Origin: Epulopiscium sp. Nele67-Bin005
GTDB taxonomy: Bacteria > Bacillota > Clostridia > Lachnospirales > Cellulosilyticaceae
Reading direction: 5' to 3'
Length of the DNA stretch: 64,000 nt
NCBI GenBank assembly: GCA_002007365.1
Contig: LNZR01000043.1
Coordinates: 14,131-78,130, forward strand
The notes under the pieces were generated by a model. That model made no database searches. It was given only the letters and a program-made list of their open reading frames with translations, and had not been told where the DNA came from. The translations under genes and the position numbers were made by a program. This document shows positions 43,969 to 57,001 of this stretch, piece after piece. Each line of letters begins with the position of its first letter. The stretch's first letter is position 1.

Positions 43969-46077
43969 TTAATCAAACTTAAAGTACGTTAATAATGTCT
44001 GCAACATTTGAGCCTGACTAGCTAGCTCCTGACTTATTGCTGCTGTTTCTTCCGAAGTTGCCGCATTATTTTGGACTACATCAGAAATAATTTTTGTACC
44101 TTTAACAAGTTCCGAAAGCCCTTCATATTGCTCCTCACTAGTTACCAATAAATCATGCGCAATTACTGCTGTTTTATCAATAGTTTCAACAATTTCTTGC
44201 AAACTATCAGCAGTTGAATTAGCAAGGATTTGACCCTTTTCTACACTGCTTGTATTTCTCTTTAAAACGTTCTCAATCTCATGCACACTTTGCGCACTTC
44301 TTGTTGCAAGCTCACGAATTTCATTGGCAACAACACCAAATCCTTTACCTGCTTCACCTGCTCTTGCAGCTTCAATTGTAGCGTTTAGAGCCAATAAATT
44401 AGTTTGCTCAGCAATATCCTCTACATTTTTTAACACTTGTGTAATTACTGCTCCTGACTTATTAATCTCTTCCATAGAAGCTACCATTTGTTGCATATAC
44501 TTTGTCCCTTCATGAGCCTTTTGTTTAGCCTCTTGAGAGATGTCTTTACACTCTGTAAAACGTGATGTTGTATTTGTGATATGCGCTGTAATTTCTTCTG
44601 TAGTTTCAATAAAACTATCAACTATAATAGCTTGGTCTGTTGCTCCTATTGCAAGCTCTGTCGCTGCATGGGCAAGCTCTGCTGCACCTGTAGTTACCTC
44701 ATCAGCCGACGTTTCTATTCGTTGCAAAGTGCCATGTAACTTATGAGAAATTTCTACTAAAGCACTTTTAATAGGAAGAAAATCCCCATCATACTTTGCC
44801 TGCATCTCCAAACTTTTATTAAAATTACCTTGTGCCATCTCATCTAAAACAAGTTGCACCTCACTAATTATAGCTCTTAACTTTGCCGTCATTTTCAAAA
44901 ATTCTTGTGCCAGCATACCCGGCTCATCATTATAAAACTCTGGCATCTTAACATTAAGATTTCCTTTTTGAATTTCAGAAGCCGAATTCACTATAGTATG
45001 AAGTGGAGCTAATAATTTTCTTGTTAACACATTTATACCAAAGTTTAATAATACTAATCCTGATACTGATAATACCAACAAATTTCCTGCTAACGCTGTA
45101 GCATCTGAATATAAATCCGAAGGTTCAACAGCAATATTTGCCCACCAAATATCATTTCCAGCCTTAATTGGTGAAAATACTCGGCTATGCTTAGACCCAT
45201 CTAAATAAGATGTTTCTACAGTAAAAGTTTCTCCGTACTTTGCAAGCTCCTTAATATCTTCCATACTTTTTGGAGAAAGATATGCATCTAAATTTTGCCC
45301 AATATAATCTGCACTATTTGACTCATAAATTATTTCCCAATCTCCAGATAATACCGAAGTAAAAGCCGTTGGAAATTCTAAATTATCCATATTTGTTTGC
45401 TCAAAATTATCAATTATAATATCTGCAAAAACTACTCCTTTAAATTGATTATTTATAACAATTGGATAACTCACATGACAAATTCGTATACCATTAGATA
45501 GTTCATCTGGCAGAGATACATACGGCTCTAATGTATTTTTTGGTATTGTATAAAAATTCTCTGTTGAATATGAATTATAATCAGTAAAAACTGTTGGTGA
45601 ATTCAAATTATGTTGAGTAACTTTAAATGCATAAATCTCCTGAGTTGGGTCAAATGCGTATGGCTCAAAATATATCCCTACCCCATAAATATTTTTGTTA
45701 TTTTTACTAATGTATAATGCACGATTTTTCAAAATACTTTCCATCTCCAAATTTTCATCTGAAAACTGCTTGTTATATAATACACTAAGATTTTCTAACG
45801 GTTCATATTCTTTGTATGGCGCTCTTAACGAATTATATTCATCAACAATATAACCCTTTGTATCTATAACAAAATTTGCGGCATCTTCAAGCAAACCTTC
45901 TATTAATAATGCATTATATTTTGCTGCCGAATTGAATGTTTCCCCCACACGTTTCTGATTTAAATCAATAACTCCATAACCTGTAACATAAGTTGTTAAT
46001 AATAAGATAAGTGTAACATAAATCCCCAAAACCAATGATAATTTTTTGTTTAACTTTAAATTGTTAAATTTTTCCAT
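43969..46077 (-). CDS. Methyl-accepting chemotaxis protein B1
   Basis: Same architecture as the plus-strand arm. Hairpin [35 protein letters not shown]. Confidence 0.93.
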   Translation of the reverse strand: MEKFNNLKLNKKLSLVLGIYVTLILLLTTYVTGYGVIDLNQKRVGETFNSAAKYNALLIEGLLEDAANFVIDTKGYIVDEYNSLRAPYKEYEPLENLSVLYNKQFSDENLEMESILKNRALYISKNNKNIYGVGIYFEPYAFDPTQEIYAFKVTQHNLNSPTVFTDYNSYSTENFYTIPKNTLEPYVSLPDELSNGIRICHVSYPIVINNQFKGVVFADIIIDNFEQTNMDNLEFPTAFTSVLSGDWEIIYESNSADYIGQNLDAYLSPKSMEDIKELAKYGETFTVETSYLDGSKHSRVFSPIKAGNDIWWANIAVEPSDLYSDATALAGNLLVLSVSGLVLLNFGINVLTRKLLAPLHTIVNSASEIQKGNLNVKMPEFYNDEPGMLAQEFLKMTAKLRAIISEVQLVLDEMAQGNFNKSLEMQAKYDGDFLPIKSALVEISHKLHGTLQRIETSADEVTTGAAELAHAATELAIGATDQAIIVDSFIETTEEITAHITNTTSRFTECKDISQEAKQKAHEGTKYMQQMVASMEEINKSGAVITQVLKNVEDIAEQTNLLALNATIEAARAGEAGKGFGVVANEIRELATRSAQSVHEIENVLKRNTSSVEKGQILANSTADSLQEIVETIDKTAVIAHDLLVTSEEQYEGLSELVKGTKIISDVVQNNAATSEETAAISQELASQAQMLQTLLTYFKFD

Positions 46078-46256
46078 TGCTGTCCTCCTTACTCTCTTTA
46101 ATATGTACTAAGCTTGTATATCTTTTCTAATTTGTCACAAAATCCTCAAATCTATAATACCATGACTTGACTAAATTACGCAAATAACTAAGTTTTAATA
46201 TATTATTAACTTTAATAAAAAATAGGCTACCATTTAGATAACCTATCCCCTAATAA

Positions 46257-48347
46257 TTATTCAAACTTATAATGTGCTAATAAATTTTGAAGTAGCTCTG
46301 CCTGACTTGCAAGTTGCTCACTAATTGCTGCTCCCTCTTGTGAGGCTGAGGCATTAGATTGAATTACATCTGCAATTATTTTGGTCCCTGCAACAAGCTC
46401 CTCAATACTTTCATATTGCTTATCATTTGCCAACAACAAATCATTTGATATAGTAGCAGTCTTTTCAACAGTCTCCACAATCTCCCTAAGACTTTGTGAT
46501 GTTTCATTTGCCATCTGCTGACCAAAAGACACGCTACGTTGACTAGCTTTTATCACCTTCTCTATCTCATGAACACTGTCTGTACTATGGTTTGCAAGCT
46601 CCCGAATTTCACTAGCAACAACAGCAAATCCCTTGCCTGCCTCTCCTGCTCTTGCGGCTTCTATACTGGCATTTAGGGCCAACAAATTAGTTTGGTCAGC
46701 AATATTTTCTACAGTCTTTAATACCTCCGAAATAATTTGACTCGAATTACTAATTTCTTGCATAGAGCCTAACATTTTTTCCATACTTTTAACGCCATCA
46801 TACGCTTTTTGCTTTGCCTCATTAGAAATACTCTCACTTTCTTTAAATGAAGTAGCTGTAGAATTCACTTGTTGTGCGATTTCTTCGGTAGTTTTTATAA
46901 AGCTATCAATAACTAATGTCTGCTCTGATGTTCCCTTTGCCAAATCTGTAGCCGAATATGCAATTTCACTTGCACCCAAACTTACCTCACTTGCAGTAAT
47001 ACTAATTTCTTGCAAAGAACAACTTAGACTCTTAGAAATTGTTCCCATAGCCTTTTTAATAGGAAGAAACTCCCCTGGGTAATTTCCTTTCAGCTTAGAT
47101 ACTGCTGTAAAATCTCCTTCTGCCATATCCTCCAAAACATCATCAATTTCTGTAACCAATTCTTTTAATGTAGTTGACATATGCTCAAATCCTTTTGATA
47201 ATTGACCCATCTCATCATTATTTTGACTCACAAGAGCCGTATTAAAATTACCTTTTTCTATGGCAACTTGAGCCTGTAATACATCATGAAGTGGAGCTAA
47301 TAATTTTTTGGTTATATTTGTAATCATTATAAGTAAAAATATAACGGCAACTACTGCAACCACTACAATTAGCGACATCACATCAGTTACTGCCTCATAT
47401 AAAATGTCTTCACTCATTCCAATTACAGCCCACCAAACATATGTCCCTGCCTGAATTGGGCAAAAAACTTGAATTAATCCATCATCATTTTTGGTACTAA
47501 ATACAAACGATATTCCGTTTTTTGCAAGAGAGTTTAAAGTTTCCATGTTTTTTGAAGTTATATACTTGCTTATATTTTCTCCCATACGTTCTTCGCCTCT
47601 TGTATCAAAAACAACTTCCCAATCATTAGTAAATATTGCTGAATATAATGATGGATATTCTGGGTCAGTCATAGCAATTTCACTAAATTCTGAAGTTATA
47701 ATATCAGCTACTACCACCCCTTTAAATTGTCCATCTACAATTATTGGATAACTAACATGACTCATTCTTACCCCATTATCCAACAATTCTGGGTTTGAAA
47801 CATATGGTTGCATCGTATTTTTTGCCACAGAATAAAACGCCTGTGAAGCATAACTTGAATAATTTTGCAAAATAATCGGTGTCATATTATTGATATCAAC
47901 TTTAAACCCATACGTATCCATATTGATATCAAACGCATATGGCTCAAAATATATTCCAACCCCATTTATATGAGGGTTATTTTTATTCGCAAAAATTGCT
48001 CGGCTTAACAAAAAATCTTCCATTCTTGCATTTTGAGGCGAGATATTTGTATTATATAATACACTAGTATTATCTTCCTCATCTGTAGCACTCCTTAATG
48101 AGCCGTATTCCTCAACTATATACCCCTGTACCTCACTTGCAAAATTATATGCCTCATCAATTAAAGCCTGCACAAACAAGGCGCTATAATGCGACCCTAA
48201 CGCAAATCTCTCCATAATAGCAGTTTGGCTTATATTATTTACTTTTCCAGCTGTAATTATTGTGGTGATAGCTAAAATTATAGTTATAAACACACCTATT
48301 ATTATGTTCAATTTTTTACTTAGTTTAAAATCTCGAAATCCTCCCAT
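46257..48347 (-). CDS. Methyl-accepting chemotaxis protein B2
   Basis: The start is placed at [13 protein letters not shown] (ATG 48347), which has a GAGGAGAGGGA SD. Same architecture. Confidence 0.9.
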   Translation of the reverse strand: MGGFRDFKLSKKLNIIIGVFITIILAITTIITAGKVNNISQTAIMERFALGSHYSALFVQALIDEAYNFASEVQGYIVEEYGSLRSATDEEDNTSVLYNTNISPQNARMEDFLLSRAIFANKNNPHINGVGIYFEPYAFDINMDTYGFKVDINNMTPIILQNYSSYASQAFYSVAKNTMQPYVSNPELLDNGVRMSHVSYPIIVDGQFKGVVVADIITSEFSEIAMTDPEYPSLYSAIFTNDWEVVFDTRGEERMGENISKYITSKNMETLNSLAKNGISFVFSTKNDDGLIQVFCPIQAGTYVWWAVIGMSEDILYEAVTDVMSLIVVVAVVAVIFLLIMITNITKKLLAPLHDVLQAQVAIEKGNFNTALVSQNNDEMGQLSKGFEHMSTTLKELVTEIDDVLEDMAEGDFTAVSKLKGNYPGEFLPIKKAMGTISKSLSCSLQEISITASEVSLGASEIAYSATDLAKGTSEQTLVIDSFIKTTEEIAQQVNSTATSFKESESISNEAKQKAYDGVKSMEKMLGSMQEISNSSQIISEVLKTVENIADQTNLLALNASIEAARAGEAGKGFAVVASEIRELANHSTDSVHEIEKVIKASQRSVSFGQQMANETSQSLREIVETVEKTATISNDLLLANDKQYESIEELVAGTKIIADVIQSNASASQEGAAISEQLASQAELLQNLLAHYKFE

Positions 48348-48617
48348 TCCCTCTCCTCTCAATAAGATAACTTTTGAATACAATTTAAATTATTAATTAT
48401 TAATAATTTTTTCAAATATGTATAGAGAAATTATATATTACCTTATAATATACCATGCACTTCTTCAATTTAGCAATAAATTATCTTTTAAATAACTATA
48501 AATATTACCTAAAAAATATTTTTATCTATTAGTTAAATTTCATTAAACAAAAATCCCATATATTAACAATTCCTAGAAAACTTATTTATAAATTAAATTT
48601 TTTATGGAAAATTCACC

Positions 48618-48651
48618 CAAAAAAGACTATGGAAAATTTATATCCATAGTC
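48618..48651 (-). terminator. Rho-independent terminator of MCP B3
   Basis: GACTATGGA/TCCATAGTC stem with a T-run on the minus strand. Confidence 0.8.
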
Positions 48652-48675
48652 TCAAAGCCCTGCTCGCTTTTTACG

Positions 48676-50772
48676 TTAGTCAAATTTAAAATGTGATACC
48701 AAACTTCTAAGACCTTCTGCCTGAGCTGCCAACTCCTGACTAATTGCCGCACTCTCCTGTGAAGCTGCCGCATTTACCAAAATTACGCTCGCAATCTGAT
48801 TAGTCCCCTCAACAAGCTCTGTCACACTCTCACTTTGCTTTTGACTAGCGTCCAATAAATCTTTAGAAATATTTGCTGTTTTATCAACAGTTTCCACAAT
48901 CTCAATAAGGCTATTTGCTGTTTGATTTGCGATTTGCTGACCTCTCTCAACACTTGCCAAACTTGCTTTAATAACTTCATCAACTTGTTGCACACTTACT
49001 GTACTTCTGTTTGCCAAATCTCGGATTTCATTTGCAACAACTACAAACCCTTTACCCAAATCTCCAGCTCTTGCGGCTTCAATACTTGCATTTAAAGCAA
49101 GAAGGCTTGTCTGGTCAGCAATGCTCTCAACTGTCTTTAATACATCAGAAATAATTTGGCTAGAACGACCAATTTCCTTCATCGCATCTAACATTTCATT
49201 CATACACTCAGCACCTTCACCAGCTTTTTGTTTTGCATCTTGGCAAATTCGTTCGCTCTCTTTAAATGATAATGCCGTTTCACTAATATGAGCTGCTATT
49301 TCTTGCGTCGTTTCCACAAAACTATCAACAACTATAGTCTGTTCGGTTGCTCCTTTTGCAAGCTCAACAGCGGCATAAGCAATTTCTGAAGCACCATGAC
49401 TTACCTCTTCAACTGACAAATTAATTTCTCTCAAAGAAGCACTTAAATTTTGTGAAATATCATTTAGTGCATTTTTAATAGGAAAAAAGTCCCCATTATA
49501 AGTTACTTTTAATTGTGAAACAGCTGTTAAATCTCCTTTTGCCATATCTGTTAAAATATTGTCAATTTCACGTATAATATTTTTGAGTTTGTCAGACATA
49601 TCCACAAATCCTCGTGATAATACACCAATCTCATCTTCATACGGGTTAGAAATATTAATATCAAGCTTCCCTTCACCAATACTTTTTTGAGCGTCCAATA
49701 CGTCTTCTAATGGATTTAATATTTTTCTTGCAACTAATCTAATAACTATATTTAAAGATAATATAGCCAAAATTGAAAAACTAACAATAATAAAAGTTGT
49801 GTGTGTTACATCTGAATATAAATCCGATGGTTCAATCCCAATTAATGCCCACCAAGTTTCAGCACCTGCATAAATTGGCGATAATATTCTAAAATGTTTT
49901 GTACCATCTGGATAAACCGTTTCCACCTTAAATGGCTCACCTTTTTTTACTAATGCTTCTATCTCCTCAAGACTTTTTTCAGTTATATAATTAACCAAAT
50001 TATGGCCAACATAACCTTCTATTCTTGAGTCATAAACAAATTCCCAATCACTTGATAATACTGAAGAAAATATTGTTGGAAAATCATCAGCAACTACTTT
50101 AGTTTTATCAAAATTACTAGCTAAAATATCGGCAACAACTACCCCCTTAAATTCTTCATCAATAATAATTGGATAACTAATATGACTAACTATTACACCG
50201 TTTGATAACACTCTCGGCTTTGAAACATATGGTTCATATGTATCTTTTGGCGTTGTATAAAAATCCTCATAAATATAATCATTAAGATTTGTTATGGCTG
50301 AGGCACGCTCACTACTATCATCAACCTTAAATGCATATACTTCTTTTTCTGGGTCAAACGCATATGGCTCAAAATAAACTCCAATTCCAAAAATATGTGC
50401 ATTATTTTTATTTGCATAAGAAGCTCTATTTATTAAAAAATCTTCTACTCTTTGATGCCTACCCGAAAATTCCATATTATACAACAAACTTTCATTATCA
50501 TGTTCATGTTGATGATACATTAAACTTTTATATTCATCAACTATAAACGCCTGTGTATCAATTACAAAATTATAGGCCTCATCTATAAGCGATTGCACAT
50601 ACAATGCGTTATACTGAGCTTTTGCACTAAACCTCTCAAGCACTGCTTTTTGGCTAAGTATATTAACTTCATATGCCGTTATTAAGGTGGTGACTGCCAA
50701 AATTAGTGTTACAAATAATCCAATTATTAATGTCAATTTTTTTCCAAGTGGCAAATTCTTAAATTTTTCCAT
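48676..50772 (-). CDS. Methyl-accepting chemotaxis protein B3
   Basis: Same architecture. Hairpin [35 protein letters not shown]. Confidence 0.93.
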   Translation of the reverse strand: MEKFKNLPLGKKLTLIIGLFVTLILAVTTLITAYEVNILSQKAVLERFSAKAQYNALYVQSLIDEAYNFVIDTQAFIVDEYKSLMYHQHEHDNESLLYNMEFSGRHQRVEDFLINRASYANKNNAHIFGIGVYFEPYAFDPEKEVYAFKVDDSSERASAITNLNDYIYEDFYTTPKDTYEPYVSKPRVLSNGVIVSHISYPIIIDEEFKGVVVADILASNFDKTKVVADDFPTIFSSVLSSDWEFVYDSRIEGYVGHNLVNYITEKSLEEIEALVKKGEPFKVETVYPDGTKHFRILSPIYAGAETWWALIGIEPSDLYSDVTHTTFIIVSFSILAILSLNIVIRLVARKILNPLEDVLDAQKSIGEGKLDINISNPYEDEIGVLSRGFVDMSDKLKNIIREIDNILTDMAKGDLTAVSQLKVTYNGDFFPIKNALNDISQNLSASLREINLSVEEVSHGASEIAYAAVELAKGATEQTIVVDSFVETTQEIAAHISETALSFKESERICQDAKQKAGEGAECMNEMLDAMKEIGRSSQIISDVLKTVESIADQTSLLALNASIEAARAGDLGKGFVVVANEIRDLANRSTVSVQQVDEVIKASLASVERGQQIANQTANSLIEIVETVDKTANISKDLLDASQKQSESVTELVEGTNQIASVILVNAAASQESAAISQELAAQAEGLRSLVSHFKFD

Positions 50773-50910
50773 AATTCTCTCCCCATAATCTGTAGGTATT
50801 TAAAAAGTTTATTACTTTTGTATAATTTCTCTAATATATATAATACCATATTAATAACAAAATGTCGAAAAAAAAGCGAACTATATATAAAATATAATCC
50901 ACTTTTTTTA

Positions 50911-53013
50911 TTAGTCATGAAATGTAAATTGTGTCAATAAACTTTGTAAACTTTCAGCCTGAGCAGCTAACTCCTCACTAATTGCCGCACTCTCCTCTGA
51001 GGCTGCCGCATTTACCTGAATTACTTCCGAAATCTGTCCAGTTCCTTCAACAAGTTTTGCAATACTTCTATGTTGCTTCTCATTAGCAAGCATTAACTTT
51101 CTTGAAATATCAACAGTTTGTTCAACAGTATCTACAATTTCTACAAGACTGTTTGCAACTTCTGTCGCCATCTCTTGCCCCCTATTAATACTATCTAAGT
51201 TTGCCTTAATAACTTCCTCAATCTCCTTAACACTTGCCGTACTTCTAATTGCCAAATTACGAACTTCAGACGCAACTACAGCAAATCCTCTTCCAAATTC
51301 TCCTGCTTTGGCTGCCTCTATTGTAGCATTTAGAGCAAGTAAATCTGTTTGGTCTGCAATATCTTTAACAGTTTGTAATACATCAGAAATAACCTTCGTA
51401 GAACTATTAATATCATGCATAGACCCCAACATATCTTGCATAGAATTTGCCCCCTCATTCGCCTTTATTTTGGCCTCACTACAAATTCTCTCGCTCTCCT
51501 CAAATGCAAAGTTATTAGTATCAATTTGCTTAATAATACTTTTGGTAGTTTTTAAAAATTGGTCAATAACCAAAGTTTGTTCTGTAGTACCTCTTGCAAG
51601 TTCTACAGCAGCAAACGAAATTTCACTAGAACCATGAGTTAACCCATCAACAGAATCATTAATTTCTAACAAAGAGATATTTAACTTTTCTGATAGTTCA
51701 ACTAATGCCTTCTTAATAGGGAAAAACTGCCCATCATAAGTTACTTTCATTGCTGATATTGACGTAAAATCTCCTTCTGCCATACCACCCAAAATATGCT
51801 CAAGTTCTGAAATAATATTTTTAAGTTTAACCGTCATATTCTCAAATCCTAACGACAACATTCCCACTTCATCTTCGGTTTTATGAGGTAGCATTATATC
51901 AAAATTACCTTTTCCAATTTCAGCTTGTGCCTCAATAATTTCCATAATAGGCTTCGTTAATTCTTTAGAAACTTTAGCAATTATAAAGTTTACTACCAAA
52001 ATTGCACATATCAAAATTCCAATAACGATACTTGTAATTCTTATAGTCGCATAATTTAAATCATGTGGCTCAACTGCAATAATTGCCCACCAAGTTTCAG
52101 CACCTGCCTTAATTGGAGACAACATTCTAAGGTGGGTTGTCCCATCTAAATATTGAGTTGTAATATCAAAACTTTGCCCAGCCTGTGCCAATTGGTTAAG
52201 ATTATTCAAATCCTCTCCACGAATTAAATCTCTCAAATTTTGCCCAACATACTCATCACCCTTAGAATAATATACAACCTCCCAATCTTCAGTAACTACA
52301 ACAGAAAATAAAGTTGGAAACTCCTCACTAAATATACGAGTTTGTTCAAAATCTATCGTACGAATATCAGCAACAACTACCCCCTGAAACTTACCATCTA
52401 GTATAATTGGATAACTAATATGGCTAATTTCCAAATTGTTTCCAACTTTTTCTGGTCTTGAAACATATGGCTCTAAAGTTTGTTTTGGCACAGAATAAAA
52501 CGGCTCATTAGAATACTCTGAATAATTATTTATAGCAGTAATATCACTATTTTCATCATCAATTCTAAAAGCATATGCGTGCTGATTTGTATCAAAAGTG
52601 TACGGCTCAAAATACACCCCCACACCAAAAATATGTGCATTATTTTTGTAAGTATATATAGCTCTACTTATTAAAAACTCCTCTATTTTTGCATTCTGAT
52701 CCGAAATTTCAACATCATATAATAAACTTTCTTCTGTGGTGTCATTTCCTTGCTCCTCAATAAAACTATTAAATTCATCAACTATATAGCTTTGTGTATC
52801 AATTACAAAATTATACGCTTCATCAATCAAACTTTGTACAACTAAAGCATTATATTGGGCCTTTAAAGTAAATCGTTTAGAAATTGAATCTGTGCTTAAC
52901 TCCTTTACCTCAAACGCCAAAACTATCGTAATAATTAATAAAATTGCTGTAATAAATCCTCCAATAATCAAACTTAACTTTTTACTAAGTTTATAGTGTT
53001 TAAACCTTTCCAT
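50911..53013 (-). CDS. Methyl-accepting chemotaxis protein B4
   Basis: Same architecture. The start is probably the second ATG (MERFKHYKL), 6 nt after GAGGAG; the first ATG (53019) abuts the SD. Confidence 0.9.
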   Translation of the reverse strand: MERFKHYKLSKKLSLIIGGFITAILLIITIVLAFEVKELSTDSISKRFTLKAQYNALVVQSLIDEAYNFVIDTQSYIVDEFNSFIEEQGNDTTEESLLYDVEISDQNAKIEEFLISRAIYTYKNNAHIFGVGVYFEPYTFDTNQHAYAFRIDDENSDITAINNYSEYSNEPFYSVPKQTLEPYVSRPEKVGNNLEISHISYPIILDGKFQGVVVADIRTIDFEQTRIFSEEFPTLFSVVVTEDWEVVYYSKGDEYVGQNLRDLIRGEDLNNLNQLAQAGQSFDITTQYLDGTTHLRMLSPIKAGAETWWAIIAVEPHDLNYATIRITSIVIGILICAILVVNFIIAKVSKELTKPIMEIIEAQAEIGKGNFDIMLPHKTEDEVGMLSLGFENMTVKLKNIISELEHILGGMAEGDFTSISAMKVTYDGQFFPIKKALVELSEKLNISLLEINDSVDGLTHGSSEISFAAVELARGTTEQTLVIDQFLKTTKSIIKQIDTNNFAFEESERICSEAKIKANEGANSMQDMLGSMHDINSSTKVISDVLQTVKDIADQTDLLALNATIEAAKAGEFGRGFAVVASEVRNLAIRSTASVKEIEEVIKANLDSINRGQEMATEVANSLVEIVDTVEQTVDISRKLMLANEKQHRSIAKLVEGTGQISEVIQVNAAASEESAAISEELAAQAESLQSLLTQFTFHD

Positions 53014-53372
53014 TTTCATCTCCTCTGTAATTTTTTGGCAAAAATATCCAAAAATTTATTTTTTCTTTATAAACTTTATATACGTTTATTTAGTTTATAA
53101 TATTTTATTAACTTCGCATCTGTATATATTTAATATAACACAATATTTTTAAAAAGTGAAACAAAAAATTAGATTAAATCTAAGTATACAGAATTTTAAA
53201 TATATATTTAATAATATACACCAGCTAATTATTTTATTTATCTAAATATATTAGGACAAAAAAAGCAGTTCATCACGATTTCTGGAATTCATAAATCTCA
53301 AATGGCTTTTCCAATCTTATTTTCACATTTAAAATATTCCCTACAAATCATTTTATATTTAATTTAAATCAC

Positions 53373-53407
53373 AAAAAAATAGGCTATAAACAATTTGTTT
53401 ATAACCT
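53373..53407 (-). terminator. Rho-independent terminator of MCP B5
   Basis: AGGCTATAAACAA/TTGTTTATAACCT stem with a T7 run on the minus strand. Confidence 0.8.
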
Positions 53408-53424
53408 AAACTTATGCAAAACTT

Positions 53425-55524
53425 TTAGTCAAATTTAAAAAATGCCAATAACTCTTCTAAACTCTCTGCCTGACCAGACAACACTTCACTAACAGCAGCG
53501 TTCTCTTCAGAAGTTGCCGCATTATTTTGTACAACATCAGAAATAATTTTTGTTCCTTTTACAAGCTCAGACAAACTCTCATGTTGTTCAGCACTTATAA
53601 CCATCAACTCATTTGCAATAACTGCCGTTTGATTAATAGTAGTAACAATCTCAACCAAACTATTAGAAGTAGCATTTGCCAACTGTTCTCCACGCTCAAT
53701 ATTAATTTGCGTTTGATTAACAACTTCTTCAATCTCATAAACACAATTGGCACTTCTATCAGAAAGTTCACGGATTTCACTTGCAACTACTGCAAACCCT
53801 TTACCTGCCTCACCTGCACGGGCTGCTTCAATTGTTGCATTTAACGCAAGCAAACTAGTTTGGTCTGCAATTGCCTCAACAGTTTTTAATACAGTAGAAA
53901 TAGTTTCTCCAGAATTACTAATTGCCTTCATAGATTTTAACATCTCTTCCATAGAGTCAGCCCCTTCATGAGCCTTTTGTTTTGCCTCATTAGAAATACG
54001 CTCACACTCTTCAAATTGAGAAGTAGTATTTGTAATATGATTAGTAATTTCTTCTGTAGTTTCAATAAAACTATCAACAATAATTGCTTGGTCTGTAGCA
54101 CCTACTGCAAGCTCCAAAGATGACTGCGAAATTTCACTAGCCCCCTGACTTACCTCTTTTGAAGCGATACTAATATTTTTTAATGAGCCACTAAGCTGTT
54201 CAGTAATGGACATTAGGGCCTCCTTAATAGAAAGAAACTGCCCATGGTAACTAGCTTGCATATTTGAAGTTGCCGTAAAATCACCCTTTGCCATAGCTCC
54301 TAATACAAACTCAATTTCATTTATCAATTCCTTTAATCCAGAACCCATTTCCATAAATCGTTTTGACAATACCCCAATCTCATCATTAGTATTAATTTGT
54401 AAATCTAAATTAAAATCACCCTTTTGAATTTGTTCAGCCACAACAACAACCTCATCTAATGGCTTTAACAATTTAGTAATTCCAACCTTTATAACAGTGT
54501 TCAAAATTAACAAAACAATAATTGCCATCATAACCATAATATACGAAAGATAATTCATATCATCATACACATCATTTATATTAATTTCTACATGGGCCCA
54601 CCAAGTTTCGTACCCAGCATCAATTGGTGATAAAAATCTCATATGTTGTGCGCCATTATGATATGTTGTTTCAATAACAAAAAATTTCTCTTTCTCAACT
54701 TCATTTAGCCAACGAGTCATGCTATCAAGTTCTAAGTAGTCTTCAACGTGTTTACCTGTACTACCAATCCCCTCACTATCATACATAATTTCCCAATTAT
54801 CTCTCAAAATTGAAGTATATAATGTTGGCATATCCTCATCATAAATACGTGTTTGAGAAAATTTATTAGTTAAAATTTCTGCAACAACAGCACCTTTAAA
54901 CTGCCCATTTACAATAATCGGATATGTAATATACGAATTACTTATACCGTTATCCATAAGTTGTGGTGATGAAAAATATGGTTGCATTGTATTTTTAGGA
55001 ATAGTATAAAAATTTTCATTTGCGTAATCAGAGTAATTTTTATAAACTTCAACATTTGTTCCTGTTCCATCAACTGCATAACCATAAGCTTGTAAATTTG
55101 ATGTAAATGCATATGGCTCAAAATATACCCCAGCCCCAATAATTACATCATGATTTTGTATATGAAATTTAATTAAATTTAGTATGTATTCCTCAAGCCT
55201 AGAATTTGAACTAGAGAGCATTAAGTCATTATATACCAAACTATTATATGTATTTTCATCAACAATACTACTCCCCGTTTGTAGCACATTAGAAATATAA
55301 ACTTGTACTTCCGAAATAAATTCAAACCCTTCATTTAATAAACTCTCTACAACAACAGCATTTGTTCTAGCTTCTGCACTTAACCTATCAACAACAGCAT
55401 CTTTACTCACAGTACGAACTTGAGCAAGGGTAATAGTCATCATAACTGCAATTACAACTGATAAACTTATCCCAATAATAAATGTTAATTTACTAGAAAG
55501 TTTTTGGTTATTAAAATTATCCAT
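53425..55524 (-). CDS. Methyl-accepting chemotaxis protein B5
   Basis: Same architecture. The cytoplasmic part is near-identical in patches to B1. Confidence 0.93.
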   Translation of the reverse strand: MDNFNNQKLSSKLTFIIGISLSVVIAVMMTITLAQVRTVSKDAVVDRLSAEARTNAVVVESLLNEGFEFISEVQVYISNVLQTGSSIVDENTYNSLVYNDLMLSSSNSRLEEYILNLIKFHIQNHDVIIGAGVYFEPYAFTSNLQAYGYAVDGTGTNVEVYKNYSDYANENFYTIPKNTMQPYFSSPQLMDNGISNSYITYPIIVNGQFKGAVVAEILTNKFSQTRIYDEDMPTLYTSILRDNWEIMYDSEGIGSTGKHVEDYLELDSMTRWLNEVEKEKFFVIETTYHNGAQHMRFLSPIDAGYETWWAHVEININDVYDDMNYLSYIMVMMAIIVLLILNTVIKVGITKLLKPLDEVVVVAEQIQKGDFNLDLQINTNDEIGVLSKRFMEMGSGLKELINEIEFVLGAMAKGDFTATSNMQASYHGQFLSIKEALMSITEQLSGSLKNISIASKEVSQGASEISQSSLELAVGATDQAIIVDSFIETTEEITNHITNTTSQFEECERISNEAKQKAHEGADSMEEMLKSMKAISNSGETISTVLKTVEAIADQTSLLALNATIEAARAGEAGKGFAVVASEIRELSDRSANCVYEIEEVVNQTQINIERGEQLANATSNSLVEIVTTINQTAVIANELMVISAEQHESLSELVKGTKIISDVVQNNAATSEENAAVSEVLSGQAESLEELLAFFKFD

Positions 55525-55830
55525 ATAATTTCTCCTTTTTTTATATTTTTTATGTAGAATTTGTAGCCCTATTAGATAATTCTACCACACTCTTATAATA
55601 ATAACTAGTATAATCTCTAAATTGTCATATTTTGATAAGTAATTTATAGTCTATATCTTGCATATTTTGTAGCAAATCAATAAACCAAAATGTAGACTTT
55701 GTAAATAATAACTAATACGCTAACAAATTTATCGGATAACTTTAAGCTAATATGTAAAATTATTCACATATTATATTTTTCATTTCAGCTAACTATTTAT
55801 ATTTCTCCCCAAAAATATAAATTTACACAC

Positions 55831-55866
55831 AAAAAAGCAGATTAGAATTTACTAATCTGCTTTTTA
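55831..55866. terminator. Bidirectional terminator downstream of the 9-tRNA cluster
   Basis: GCAGATTAG/CTAATCTGC stem flanked by an A6 run and a T5 run. Confidence 0.8.
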
Positions 55867-55880
55867 ATCGTATTAAGGGA

Positions 55881-55953
55881 CAGGGCTACAAGGACTCGAA
55901 CCTTGGAATGCAGGAATCAAAATCCTGTGCCTTACCGACTTGGCGATAACCCT
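55881..55953 (-). tRNA. tRNA-Gln (TTG), copy 1
   Basis: Anticodon stem-loop CAGGA-TTTTGAT-TCCTG. Identical to 56313-56385. Confidence 0.88.
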
Positions 55954-55959
55954 ATGAAG

Positions 55960-56033
<74 letters not shown>

Positions 56034-56037
56034 AAAA

Positions 56038-56108
56038 AGCGGGTGATGGGAATCGAACCCACGTAGCCAGCTTGGAAGGCTGGAGTTCTACCATTGAACT
56101 ACACCCGC
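56038..56108 (-). tRNA. tRNA-Gly (TCC), copy 1
   Basis: Anticodon stem-loop CCAGC-CTTCCAA-GCTGG. Identical to 56620-56690. Confidence 0.9.
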
Positions 56109-56147
56109 AAAAGTTATGCGTATCTTTGTTGCACATTTTATAAAATA

Positions 56148-56228
56148 TGCGGATAAAGGGAGTCGAACCCCCACGCCAATGGCGCTAGATCCTAAGTCTA
56201 GTGCGTCTGCCAATTCCGCCATATCCGC
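56148..56228 (-). tRNA. tRNA-Leu (TAG)
   Basis: Long variable arm (class II). Anticodon stem-loop CTAGA-CTTAGGA-TCTAG. Confidence 0.88.
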
Positions 56229-56235
56229 ATATAAG

Positions 56236-56308
56236 TGAGCCACCCGGGGTTCGAACCCGGGACCACTTGATTAAAAGTCAAGTGCTCTACCAACTGAGCT
56301 AGTAACTC
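56236..56308 (-). tRNA. tRNA-Lys (TTT)
   Basis: Anticodon stem-loop CTTGA-CTTTTAA-TCAAG. Confidence 0.9.
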
Positions 56309-56312
56309 ACAA

Positions 56313-56385
56313 CAGGGCTACAAGGACTCGAACCTTGGAATGCAGGAATCAAAATCCTGTGCCTTACCGACTTGGCGATAACCCT
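56313..56385 (-). tRNA. tRNA-Gln (TTG), copy 2
   Basis: Sequence identical to copy 1. Confidence 0.88.
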
Positions 56386-56460
56386 ATATTATATATCTTA
56401 GTATTACCATTTTGATTTTTAATATACATAATTTCTCAAAAAATTATTACATATATTAAG

Positions 56461-56535
56461 GGTGGAAAATGGGGATCGAACCCACGACCTCCAGGACCAC
56501 AATCTGGCGCTCTAACCGACTGAGCTATTCCCACC
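56461..56535 (-). tRNA. tRNA-His (GTG) with encoded G-1
   Basis: Anticodon loop TTGTGGT. An extra 5' G pairs with the C73 discriminator, the bacterial His identity element. Confidence 0.85.
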
Positions 56536-56541
56536 ACAAAA

Positions 56542-56615
<74 letters not shown>

Positions 56616-56619
56616 AAAG

Positions 56620-56690
56620 AGCGGGTGATGGGAATCGAACCCACGTAGCCAGCTTGGAAGGCTGGAGTTCTACCATTGAACTACACCCGC
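56620..56690 (-). tRNA. tRNA-Gly (TCC), copy 2
   Basis: Sequence identical to copy 1. Confidence 0.9.
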
Positions 56691-57001
56691 ATACAATTTC
56701 TGTAATGCTTGTCTTAATGCTTAACCCCTACTCTCTAAATAACTAGGGCTTATCTCACTAACAAGTAATATTATATGAGGATTTTTTTAAAAAGTCAAGT
56801 AGTTTTTTGGATTTTTTCTATAAATTTTAGCGAAAAACTTTTTATTGTAACCCCTAACCTCTAAAAACCTAGTATTTTCAAGATTTGTGTAACTCCTCCA
56901 AAATACAAATTTAGCCAAAAAAATCGTGGTGCTAGACTAATTTTAATATCCAACACCACTTTTTATTTCAATTTCTCAAATCAAAAATTAAATTTTATAT
57001 T

